Source: Escherichia phage vB_EcoM_E9. Taken from it: DNA of 64,000 nucleotides. Both the position numbers and the translations under genes were made by a program. This document shows, piece after piece, positions 9,074 to 15,467 of this stretch (positions are counted from its first letter, which is position 1; the number at the start of each line of letters is the position of its first letter). The DNA is taken from the sequence record PP886229; one strand, 5' to 3'. The notes below the pieces were generated by a model. It was not told the DNA's origin. It ran no database searches and saw only the letters and a list, made by a program, of their open reading frames with translations.

Positions 9074-9445
9074 ATGAAAAACAGAACAAACAAAGGCCAG
9101 TTTAAAAAAGGCCAGTCTGGAAACCCATCTGGAAGACCAAAAGGCTCTCGTAACAAAAGCTCACTTGTAAAAGCTCAACTGACCATTGATAATTCTGCTG
9201 AGTTTGCTGCAAAGTTGTTTGAAGCAATTGTTACAAGGGACGCTGCTAAGCTTGCAGAGTTCGGTTTAACGACTGACGATGTAAACCTGAAGTCGATGAT
9301 GGAAGCTGGTAAAACTATCATGACTCACTCAGCAGGTGAGATGAAAGCCATTGCAGCAGACACTAAGAAGACTCCTGATAACGGTGGTCAGTCTCAGACA
9401 GATAACAAACCAACGTTCTCTGCTGTAGCGACTCTCAAAAAATAA
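9074..9445 (+). CDS. hypothetical protein with N-terminal Gly/Lys-rich motif (GQFKKGQSGNPSGRPKG)
   Basis: 123 aa ORF. Confidence 0.5.
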   Translation: MKNRTNKGQFKKGQSGNPSGRPKGSRNKSSLVKAQLTIDNSAEFAAKLFEAIVTRDAAKLAEFGLTTDDVNLKSMMEAGKTIMTHSAGEMKAIAADTKKTPDNGGQSQTDNKPTFSAVATLKK

Positions 9446-9458
9446 TTTTAAAAGGTGT

Positions 9459-9493
9459 TGACAGACTCTACAAAGTTGCTCTAAAGTCTGTCA
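9459..9493 (+). promoter_or_regulatory. Putative promoter: TTGACA -35 hexamer embedded in an 8-bp palindrome (GACAGACT ... AGTCTGTC)
   Basis: TTGACA at 9459-9464; inverted repeat arms at 9461-9468 and 9486-9493. Confidence 0.35.
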
Positions 9494-9526
9494 CATCAAA
9501 CAACAAATGAGAGAAGAGAGTAAAAT

Positions 9527-10942
9527 ATGAGCGAATTATTTAAACATGCGCACCTTCATGTAGGTCGAACTGAAAATGGTGCTGTAAACCATACTTCATC
9601 AATGTCTGCTCTTGTGGACTTTTACAAAGCTGCTGGTTCCAGCCGTAGTAATGTAGAAATCTTACCAGACTTGTTCTACAAAGCTTTGCGTGAGGATGTT
9701 GATGTTGCAGTTCGTATTTTACTGCATATGCGAGATGTACGAGAAGGTATGGGTGAGCGTAAAGCTTTCCGAACTGTTTTACTTCAAGCGATTGAAGATA
9801 AAGTTTTAGAGCCTACACAGGTTCTTCGCATTATGGATAAGATTGCAGAACTTGGTCGTTTTGATGACTTCAAAATCTTCGTAGGTACTCGTTTTGAGAC
9901 AGATGCCTTCAAACATTTAGAAGCAGCATTACTAGACCCTGCAACATCAGGTTTAGCGGCTAAGTGGTTACCACGAGTAAAACCACGCCACAAACAGTTT
10001 GTAAAACGTTTCTGTAAGTTTGCAAACTTAAGTGAGAAGGAGTATCGCACACTGTTATCTGCACTGTCTGATACGGTTGAGCAAAAAATCTCTGCTAATG
10101 AGTTTGGTAAGATTGACTACAGCAAGATTCCTTCACTCGCTGCTGCACGTTACCAAAAGCTCTTTAACCGTAAAGATGGGGAACGTTACAAAGCTTACAT
10201 TGAGTCCTTATCAAAAGGTGAGGCTAAGATTAACGCTGGTGCTGTTTACCCATACGATGTGATTAAATCTATCAAGTATGGTAATGCAGATGTTGCTAAT
10301 GAGCAGTGGAAAGCACTACCAAACTGGATGGCAGAAGGTGAGAACATCTTGTGTATGACTGATGTTTCAAGCTCAATGTCTTGGGTGAATATTGGTTCAA
10401 TCACTGCCCTTGATATTGGTGTATCACTTGCTTTGTATGTAGCAGAACGCAACACTGGTTGCTTTAAGAATGAGTTAATGGTTTACTCAACAAACCCTCA
10501 CTTCATCGAACTGAGTGGTGATTTACGAAACCGTCATCGTCAGGTAATGCGTCATGTTGAATATGGTTCAACTAACTTACAAGCAGCTTTTGACCGTATT
10601 CTTGAGGTAGGTAAGCGAAACAACTTGACTCAGAAAGATATGCCAAGTAAGCTTATTATCTTCTCCGATATGGAGTTCAATCAGGTTGATGGAGCTAACG
10701 GTCGTACAAACTTTGAAGCAATTCAGAGTAAGTACAAAAAAGCTGGATACGAAATGCCACAACTAGTATTCTGGTACTTAGCAAACCGTAATGGTACTTG
10801 CGAAGTATCTGTTAAGGATAATGGTGTAGCGATGGTATCAGGGTTCTCTCCAGCCACTTTAAAAGCTCTGCTTGGTGGTGAGAAGTTTGACCCAATCAGC
10901 GTAATGCTCAAAGCAGTAATGATTGACCGTTACATCTGGTAA
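9527..10942 (+). CDS. von Willebrand factor A (vWA) domain protein with large N-terminal domain (TROVE/DUF2828-like suspected)
   Basis: 471 aa; MIDAS-like DxSxS motif (CMTDVSSSMSW) in the C-terminal half. Confidence 0.55.
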   Translation: MSELFKHAHLHVGRTENGAVNHTSSMSALVDFYKAAGSSRSNVEILPDLFYKALREDVDVAVRILLHMRDVREGMGERKAFRTVLLQAIEDKVLEPTQVLRIMDKIAELGRFDDFKIFVGTRFETDAFKHLEAALLDPATSGLAAKWLPRVKPRHKQFVKRFCKFANLSEKEYRTLLSALSDTVEQKISANEFGKIDYSKIPSLAAARYQKLFNRKDGERYKAYIESLSKGEAKINAGAVYPYDVIKSIKYGNADVANEQWKALPNWMAEGENILCMTDVSSSMSWVNIGSITALDIGVSLALYVAERNTGCFKNELMVYSTNPHFIELSGDLRNRHRQVMRHVEYGSTNLQAAFDRILEVGKRNNLTQKDMPSKLIIFSDMEFNQVDGANGRTNFEAIQSKYKKAGYEMPQLVFWYLANRNGTCEVSVKDNGVAMVSGFSPATLKALLGGEKFDPISVMLKAVMIDRYIW

Positions 10943-10961
10943 AAAAGTTTTAAAAAGGGTA

Positions 10962-10990
10962 TTGACAATGTGTTTGATACCCTTTAATAT
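10962..10990 (+). promoter_or_regulatory. Sigma70-like promoter TTGACA-N17-TAATAT upstream of the tRNA array
   Basis: Exact -35 hexamer, 17-nt spacer, -10 TAATAT; -35 sits inside inverted repeat GGGTAT/ATACCC. Confidence 0.5.
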
Positions 10991-11108
10991 GTTCTACATA
11001 GAAACGAAATGAGAGCTTTTCTAAGATACTGAAAAATATTTTAAAAAAGTTCTTGACAACCACTAAAAAATAATGTTAAAGTGGTTACATAGAGTTTGAA
11101 AAGTTTAT

Positions 11109-11185
11109 CTCTGTTTAGCTCAGCTTGGTAGAGCGTTCCGTTTGGGGCGGTAAGGCCGGAGGTTCAAGTCCTCCAACAGAGACCA
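11109..11185 (+). tRNA. tRNA-Pro (anticodon TGG)
   Basis: 7-bp acceptor CTCTGTT/AACAGAG, D-arm GCTC..GAGC, T-arm GGAGG-TTCAAGT-CCTCC, 3' CCA. Confidence 0.7.
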
Positions 11186-11192
11186 AATTAAT

Positions 11193-11270
11193 GTTCCAGT
11201 AGACAAAATGGTAAAGTCACCACTCTTTCAAAGTGGATATTTGAGGGTTCAAATCCCTTCTGGAACGCCA
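11193..11270 (+). tRNA. tRNA-Glu (anticodon TTC)
   Basis: Acceptor GTTCCAG/CTGGAAC, anticodon stem CCACT/AGTGG, T-loop TTCAAAT, CCA. Confidence 0.7.
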
Positions 11271-11277
11271 GTTTTGA

Positions 11278-11350
11278 CAGAAGACCAATTGCAGCAAACT
11301 TAATCTTATTCATCTGACACGAAATCGGACAAAGAAGAGATTTGGTCTGG
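11278..11350 (+). ncRNA. Stem-bounded tRNA-sized element, copy a (CAGAAG-AGACCAA ... TTGGTCT-GG)
   Basis: 7-bp terminal stem 11282-11288/11342-11348; conserved CAGAAG leader and CAGCAA box; no T-loop consensus. Confidence 0.4.
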
Positions 11351-11361
11351 TCATTAAGAAT

Positions 11362-11438
11362 TGCGGGTATAGAGAAAGGGCGTCTCACATGTCTCATTAG
11401 CATGGTATCGGCAGGTTCGACTCCTGCACCCGCCTCCA
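11362..11438 (+). tRNA. tRNA-Met-like (anticodon CAT), mismatched 1:72 pair
   Basis: Anticodon stem CATGT/GCATG, T-arm GCAGG-TTCGACT-CCTGC, CCA. Confidence 0.55.
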
Positions 11439-11444
11439 AATTTA

Positions 11445-11508
11445 CAGAAGACCGTTTACAGCAATATTTATTAAATTTTTAGCGGAAAAATTGAAAGATA
11501 CGGTCTGG
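11445..11508 (+). ncRNA. Stem-bounded element, copy b (CAGAAG-AGACCGT ... ACGGTCT-GG)
   Basis: 7-bp terminal stem with compensatory changes relative to copies a and c. Confidence 0.4.
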
Positions 11509-11521
11509 TAATACTAAACAT

Positions 11522-11598
11522 GGTTAGGAAGCACATAAGGTATGTGCGGTCGCCTGTTAAGCGAATGGCACAGGGTTCGAATCCCTGACTAACCGCCA
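11522..11598 (+). tRNA. tRNA-Asn (anticodon GTT)
   Basis: D-arm GCAC..GTGC, T-arm CAGGG-TTCGAAT-CCCTG, CCA. Confidence 0.65.
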
Positions 11599-11607
11599 AA
11601 TTTAAAT

Positions 11608-11695
11608 GTGTCGTTATCCCGTAGATGGTAGCGGTGGGGACTGTAAATCCCTTGTCATTGAGACTCGGTAGGTTCGACTCCTACACGGCACACCA
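11608..11695 (+). tRNA. tRNA-Tyr (anticodon GTA), long variable arm
   Basis: Acceptor GTGTCGT/ACGGCAC, anticodon stem GGGGA/TCCCT, T-arm GTAGG-TTCGACT-CCTAC, 88 nt. Confidence 0.7.
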
Positions 11696-11701
11696 AATAA
11701 A

Positions 11702-11779
11702 GGTTATGTAGTTTAATCTGGTTAAAATACTCCCCTGTCACGGGAGATGATGTGAGTTCAAGTCTCATCGTAACCGCCA
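11702..11779 (+). tRNA. tRNA-Asp (anticodon GTC)
   Basis: Acceptor GGTTATG/CGTAACC, anticodon stem CTCCC/GGGAG, CCA. Confidence 0.7.
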
Positions 11780-11866
11780 AATTATAATAAGTATTTCAAG
11801 ATGATGTTTTGAGAGGGCTATTTAGCCCCTCCCTTAAAGAGTTCTTACGAGTATTCTTTAAAGGAG

Positions 11867-11940
11867 CAGAAGACCAAATTCAGCAAGTTACTTAAAATTT
11901 CAAGCCAATTTAATTTTGAAAAATTTAAAACTTGGTCTGG
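11867..11940 (+). ncRNA. Stem-bounded element, copy c (CAGAAG-AGACCAA ... TTGGTCT-GG)
   Basis: 7-bp terminal stem 11871-11877/11932-11938. Confidence 0.4.
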
Positions 11941-11953
11941 CTCAAAAATTTTA

Positions 11954-12085
11954 CAGAAGACCGTTTACAGCAAAACTTAAACAATCTATTTCTCCGGTAA
12001 AGAAAAGGCGAAGGTTCGATTCCTTCACTCGGCAGATGTCGAGTTGGTGTAATGGTAGCACTTAAGATGATAAACAACGGTCTGG
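11954..12085 (+). ncRNA. Stem-bounded element, copy d, enclosing tRNA halves in permuted order
   Basis: 8-bp terminal stem AGACCGTT/AACGGTCT (11958-11965/12076-12083); contains a T-arm and a D-arm in reversed order. Confidence 0.4.
11989..12061 (+). tRNA. Candidate circularly permuted tRNA (anticodon GGT, Thr-like): 3' half 11989-12034 precedes 5' half 12038-12061
   Basis: 3' half has anticodon arm TTTCT-CCGGTAA-AGAAA, T-arm GAAGG-TTCGATT-CCTTC, acceptor ACTCGGC; 5' half has acceptor GTCGAGT (7 bp with one G-U) and D-arm GTGT-AATGGTA-GCAC. Confidence 0.35.
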
Positions 12086-12086
12086 T

Positions 12087-12230
12087 AATTATCTTTGTAG
12101 ATAAGTTATTAAGCTTACCTGTGAGTATGCGACCACAAAGGGTGAAAGGGCAAATTCTAGATTTAAACCCAACAAGGCACATCGCTACAGACCTTAAGCA
12201 AGTCTGGGTAGCTTATCTACAAAGATAATT
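12087..12230. repeat. 19-bp perfect inverted repeat AATTATCTTTGTAGATAAG (12087-12105 / 12212-12230) flanking ~106 bp
   Basis: Arms are exact reverse complements. Confidence 0.6.
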
Positions 12231-12234
12231 TAAT

Positions 12235-12310
12235 GGAAGTGTAGCAGAATGGTGATGCGGCAGACTTTTAATCTGACAGGCGATGGGTTCGAATCCCTCC
12301 ACTTCTACCA
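12235..12310 (+). tRNA. tRNA-Lys (anticodon TTT)
   Basis: Acceptor GGAAGTG/CACTTCT, loop CTTTTAA, T-loop TTCGAAT, CCA. Confidence 0.6.
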
Positions 12311-12314
12311 ATAT

Positions 12315-12391
12315 GGTTCAGTCGCAGATAAGGTAATGCAGGGGTCTCATAAGCCCTATGAATGTGGGTTCGATTCCCATCTGAACCTCCA
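12315..12391 (+). tRNA. tRNA-Met or tRNA-Ile2 (anticodon CAT)
   Basis: Perfect acceptor GGTTCAG/CTGAACC, loop CTCATAA, CCA. Confidence 0.7.
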
Positions 12392-12392
12392 A

Positions 12393-12468
12393 GCTGGTAT
12401 AGTTAAGAAGGTTATAACACTCCCCTGATAAGGGAACATCGGTGGTTCGATTCCACCTACCAGTACCA
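12393..12468 (+). tRNA. tRNA-Ile (anticodon GAT)
   Basis: T-arm GGTGG-TTCGATT-CCACC, loop CTGATAA, CCA. Confidence 0.65.
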
Positions 12469-12483
12469 ATTTCAATAAAGTTG

Positions 12484-12512
12484 TTGACATTGAGATGTGA
12501 CTACTTTATAGT
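12484..12512 (+). promoter_or_regulatory. Sigma70-like promoter TTGACA-N17-TATAGT inside the tRNA array
   Basis: Exact -35 at 12484-12489 and -10 TATAGT at 12507-12512 with 17-nt spacer. Confidence 0.55.
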
Positions 12513-12805
12513 AACTGAAAATAATTCAGCATATGTATAATTCAAACACCAATACATGAGCGTTAGACGTAACACAATGTGGGGAAATTTGTTGTACATA
12601 TTCTGAATAGTTTTCGTTGCGTAGCGTCTATTTTGCAAATTTAAAATAAATGCAAACGACAATGTTTTTCTGGCAGTAGCTTGATAGGCTAAACACCAGT
12701 GAGGTCTTCCAATCCCTCATCAAAGAATTTGGCGTACTAGCCCACGGTATGATTAATAAGGTGGGCATCTTTAAGGGCTTTCTAAGAGAGTCTTTAAAGA
12801 TTAAT

Positions 12806-12882
12806 GCACCCTTAGTTCAATTGGATAGAGCAACGGTCTTCTAAATCGTTAGTTACAGGTTCGAATCCTGTAGGGTGTGCCA
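12806..12882 (+). tRNA. tRNA-Arg (anticodon TCT)
   Basis: D-arm AGTTCAATTGGATAGAGC, loop CTTCTAA, T-loop TTCGAAT, CCA. Confidence 0.7.
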
Positions 12883-13024
12883 AATAGTTAGCAGATTGCT
12901 TAGACGACCTTATCGGGTCTCCGTGTAAGGAGGTGGTCTGTATCTCATGTTTTCCAGAACATGTAAATAATCTGAGAAGGGGCTTTACAGTGTTGCGAAA
13001 ATACGGTAAGCTTCGAATTACAGT

Positions 13025-13107
13025 ATGGGACGATGTTAAGACTCTAAGGCATGAGCAACGGCCTCCAAAACCGTTTCAAAGGGGTTCAACTCCTCCGTCC
13101 CATGCCA
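13025..13107 (+). tRNA. Atypical tRNA-like sequence, anticodon unassigned
   Basis: Acceptor ATGGGAC/GTCCCAT plus T-loop-like GGGGTTCAACTCC and CCA, but no clean D-arm or 7-nt anticodon loop. Confidence 0.3.
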
Positions 13108-13120
13108 AAGTCTTATTAGG

Positions 13121-13208
13121 GGTAGGTAGCGGCTAATGGCAGCCAAACAGTCTTGAAAACTGTTGCCACTGTAGAGATACGGTGAGGGTTCGACTCCTTT
13201 ACTTACCG
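13121..13208 (+). tRNA. tRNA-Ser (anticodon TGA), long variable arm
   Basis: Anticodon stem ACAGT/ACTGT, loop CTTGAAA, long variable arm, T-loop TTCGACT; no encoded CCA. Confidence 0.6.
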
Positions 13209-13364
13209 CCTAATAAGATTTACACCGTCCATGCTTGCTCGCATTTTCGGTTTATCCCTCGTGTATTGTCGTACACTGATAAAGCACCTAGCAGGTGTCA
13301 CGGAGAAGAGATAATATCAAGCTCTCCAAAGGTTCTAGTCACCGGATTAAACAAGACTATGCAA

Positions 13365-13384
13365 AGACCTATTTAGGTCTTTTT
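13365..13384 (+). terminator. Rho-independent terminator AAGACCT-ATTT-AGGTCTT followed by TTTTT
   Basis: 7-bp stem plus T-run, inside the tRNA array. Confidence 0.6.
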
Positions 13385-13463
13385 AGAGGGCTTCTAAGGT
13401 TATTACAGCTTGTTGTGGAACCTTGTTGCTTAGGTTCTTAGAAGTTCTCTAAAAAGATTTAAT

Positions 13464-13541
13464 GGGAGATTGACGGTAATTGGTAAACCTACCATCCTTA
13501 GAAGTTGGTGTTTGAGGGTTCGAATCCCTTGTCTCCTACCA
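13464..13541 (+). tRNA. tRNA with apparent anticodon TAG (Leu-type) but short variable arm; identity uncertain
   Basis: Acceptor GGGAGAT/GTCTCCT, T-arm GAGGG-TTCGAAT-CCCTT, CCA; 78 nt. Confidence 0.5.
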
Positions 13542-13548
13542 AATTAAT

Positions 13549-13624
13549 GCAGGTGTAGCAAAATGGTTATGCGGCTGACTCTTAATCAGTAAGACGATGG
13601 GTTCAATTCCCTCCACCTGTACCA
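13549..13624 (+). tRNA. tRNA-Lys (anticodon CTT)
   Basis: Anticodon stem GCTGA/TCAGT, loop CTCTTAA, CCA. Confidence 0.65.
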
Positions 13625-13630
13625 AACAAT

Positions 13631-13706
13631 GGGGTCATAGTTTATATGGTTAAAATTCTAGTTTTGCAAACTTGGGAACTGAGTTCAATTCTCAGTGACT
13701 CCACCA
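13631..13706 (+). tRNA. tRNA-Ala (anticodon TGC)
   Basis: Acceptor GGGGTCA/TGACTCC with the G3:U70 wobble typical of tRNA-Ala; CCA. Confidence 0.75.
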
Positions 13707-13712
13707 ATTAGT

Positions 13713-13787
13713 GCATCCATAGTTTAAACGGGAAAATTACAGTCTTCCAAACTGAGGTTGAGGGTTCGATTCCCTCTGGATGCTCCA
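13713..13787 (+). tRNA. tRNA-Gly (anticodon TCC)
   Basis: Perfect acceptor GCATCCA/TGGATGC, loop CTTCCAA, CCA. Confidence 0.7.
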
Positions 13788-13794
13788 AATTAAT

Positions 13795-13870
13795 GCTCCT
13801 ATCGTATAATTGGCTATTACGGTTGCCTTGTAAGCAACTTATCAGGGTTCGAATCCTTGTGGGAGCACCA
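13795..13870 (+). tRNA. tRNA-Thr (anticodon TGT)
   Basis: Anticodon stem GTTGC/GCAAC, loop CTTGTAA, T-loop TTCGAAT, CCA. Confidence 0.7.
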
Positions 13871-13874
13871 ATTT

Positions 13875-13961
13875 AGAGGTCAAGTGAAAGACCGCTTTGA
13901 GTCAACTGAAGACCGTAACAAATTCCACGGAGTTGAGTTAGCGGCACAACTTCAGACCTCT
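13875..13961 (+). ncRNA. Stem-bounded ~87 nt non-tRNA element (AGAGGTC ... GACCTCT) containing GAAGACC motifs
   Basis: 7-bp terminal inverted repeat 13875-13881/13955-13961; no T-loop consensus. Confidence 0.3.
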
Positions 13962-13966
13962 TTAAT

Positions 13967-14041
13967 ACTCGCTTAGTTTATATGGTAAAACACCACCCTT
14001 ACAAGATGAAGAAAAAGGTTCAAGTCCTTTAGTGAGTACCA
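13967..14041 (+). tRNA. tRNA-Val (anticodon TAC), weak anticodon stem
   Basis: Acceptor ACTCGCT/AGTGAGT, D-arm GTTT..AAAC, T-arm AAAGG-TTCAAGT-CCTTT, CCA. Confidence 0.5.
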
Positions 14042-14042
14042 T

Positions 14043-14120
14043 GTTCCAGTATCCCAATTGGTAGAGGATGCAAGCTCAAACCTTGCACTAGTGACGGTTC
14101 GAATCCGTCTTGGAACACCA
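14043..14120 (+). tRNA. tRNA with anticodon CAA (Leu-type) but class I architecture; identity uncertain
   Basis: Perfect anticodon stem GCAAG/CTTGC, loop CTCAAAC, T-arm GACGG-TTCGAAT-CCGTC, CCA. Confidence 0.55.
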
Positions 14121-14125
14121 ATTTT

Positions 14126-14201
14126 GCAGGATTAGTTCAAATGGATAGAGCAACAGTCTACGAAGCTGTTAATAGGGGTTCGAATCCCTTATCCTGCACC
14201 A
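14126..14201 (+). tRNA. tRNA-Arg (anticodon ACG)
   Basis: Perfect acceptor GCAGGAT/ATCCTGC, loop CTACGAA, CCA. Confidence 0.7.
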
Positions 14202-14219
14202 ATTAAGTAAGAGGGATTT

Positions 14220-14462
14220 ATGCAAACATTAATAGTCGTTGAACATGAAAATTCCAATAGCATTGAGTTTGTAAGGGTTCCCACTATAGATACCCACATT
14301 TTCTTGAAAGTCGGCTGGGGATGCGACCCAATAAGAGTAGAAAAATTTATTGGTCATTGCTTTGGTGGAAGACAACTTAAAAGTGTCAATTTTGAGACAA
14401 TGCTACCAGAAAACTCAGAAACAAATAATAATGCTTACCTCCTTACGAGGATTAGACAATGA
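14220..14462 (+). CDS. hypothetical protein embedded in the tRNA array
   Basis: 80 aa ORF in a tRNA-free gap, stop overlaps the next ORF start. Confidence 0.4.
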   Translation: MQTLIVVEHENSNSIEFVRVPTIDTHIFLKVGWGCDPIRVEKFIGHCFGGRQLKSVNFETMLPENSETNNNAYLLTRIRQ

Positions 14463-15016
14463 GATACTTAAAATATGTTTCATGGATTTTCTTAGCTTTG
14501 TTAGAGCCATTTGCAGCAATCTTAGCAGTTATCTTAGCACCTTTTGTAGTTCCATTTTACAGTGAGAAGAAAGGACACTTACCTTTCGGATTTAGATGGA
14601 TGGAAACTTATGACAACCCGATTGATGGTGATGAAGGTCATGTCAAACGATGGGCTAAGATTAGAAAGATTGGTAAGCTTGGTGTCTATTTACAGAGAGT
14701 TGGATGGCTCTGGAGAAACAAAGCTTATAACTTCTCTTACCATGTGTTAGGAAGAGATGTAAAAGATGTTACTAAGTGGAAAGGTAATATCAACGTAAGC
14801 TCTGACCCTGAAGATAATCAGACAGGTTATCTCCTAATGTGGAACAGTAATGCTTGGGGATTATTCGCTTTTATCCCATCAATTAAAGTCTTTGGTAAAC
14901 AATTCTACTGGAGAATTTATGTTGGATGGAAACTTAAAAGTGTTGTCCCAGAAGAAAGAGCATTCTCAAGGGAAAGAGTTATGTTGGCATTCTTTATTCA
15001 TCCACTAAGAAAGTAA
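14459..15016 (+). CDS. putative membrane protein embedded in the tRNA array
   Basis: 185 aa; N-terminal hydrophobic helix (WIFLALLEPFAAILAVILAPFVVPF). Confidence 0.5.
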   Translation: MRYLKYVSWIFLALLEPFAAILAVILAPFVVPFYSEKKGHLPFGFRWMETYDNPIDGDEGHVKRWAKIRKIGKLGVYLQRVGWLWRNKAYNFSYHVLGRDVKDVTKWKGNINVSSDPEDNQTGYLLMWNSNAWGLFAFIPSIKVFGKQFYWRIYVGWKLKSVVPEERAFSRERVMLAFFIHPLRK

Positions 15017-15024
15017 AGATTTAA

Positions 15025-15100
15025 AGGGGATTAGTTTACAAGGTTAAAACCTCGGTCTTTGAAATCGAAGAAGTTGGTTCAATTCCAACATCCCCCGCCA
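15025..15100 (+). tRNA. tRNA-Gln (anticodon TTG)
   Basis: Anticodon stem TCGGT/ATCGA, loop CTTTGAA, T-arm GTTGG-TTCAATT-CCAAC, mismatched 1:72 pair. Confidence 0.6.
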
Positions 15101-15102
15101 AT

Positions 15103-15181
15103 GCTCCATTACTCCAATTGGCAGAGAGGCCAGACTTAAAATCTGTGTTATGTATCGGTTCGAATCCGATATGGAGTACCA
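15103..15181 (+). tRNA. tRNA with anticodon TAA (Leu-type) but no long variable arm; identity uncertain
   Basis: Acceptor GCTCCAT/ATGGAGT, loop CTTAAAA, T-arm ATCGG-TTCGAAT-CCGAT, CCA. Confidence 0.5.
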
Positions 15182-15186
15182 AATTT

Positions 15187-15262
15187 AGCGGTATAGCATA
15201 ACTGGCAATGCAGCAGTCTCTGAAGCTGTCTTATTAAGGTTCAAATCCTTATGCCGCTGCCA
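15187..15262 (+). tRNA. tRNA-Gln (anticodon CTG)
   Basis: Anticodon stem GCAGT/GCTGT, loop CTCTGAA, T-arm TAAGG-TTCAAAT-CCTTA, CCA. Confidence 0.6.
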
Positions 15263-15293
15263 CTTCTAAGGGTTCTTACGAGAGTCCTTAAAT

Positions 15294-15369
15294 GTGGCCT
15301 TATCATAAATGGTAATGACCCATGCTGTGAACATGGTCTATACGGGTTCAAATCCCGTAGGTCACCCCA
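15294..15369 (+). tRNA. tRNA-His (anticodon GTG)
   Basis: Perfect anticodon stem CCATG/CATGG, loop CTGTGAA, CCA. Confidence 0.65.
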
Positions 15370-15375
15370 ATTTAT

Positions 15376-15451
15376 AGTCCAAGTAGCTTATATGGTTAAA
15401 GCGCGTGTCTGAAAAACATGAGAAGAGGGTTCAAATCCCACTGGACTACCA
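15376..15451 (+). tRNA. tRNA-Phe (anticodon GAA)
   Basis: Loop CTGAAAA, T-loop TTCAAAT, acceptor 3' strand CTGGACT, CCA; overlaps the GTG start proposed by the ORF track. Confidence 0.55.
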
Positions 15452-15467
15452 ATTTCAAAGGTGCTTA

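Noticed and set aside
12016-12034. Simple truncated tRNA pseudogene as the explanation for the isolated T-arm
   Set aside because: Not fully rejected, but a complementary 5' acceptor strand and D-arm lie immediately downstream, which is more specific than random decay; reported as a permuted-tRNA candidate with the pseudogene alternative stated.
11188-13376. ORF-track ORFs 11188..11439(-), 11925..12182(-), 12933..13136(+), 13182..13376(+) and 16265..16492(+)
   Set aside because: They lie on top of tRNA genes or structured spacers, lack ribosome-binding sites, and have low-complexity translations; treated as chance ORFs in RNA genes.
15405-15467. GTG start at 15405 for the 15405..16202 ORF
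   Set aside because: It overlaps the 3' half of tRNA-Phe; the in-frame ATG at 15468 is the more plausible start.
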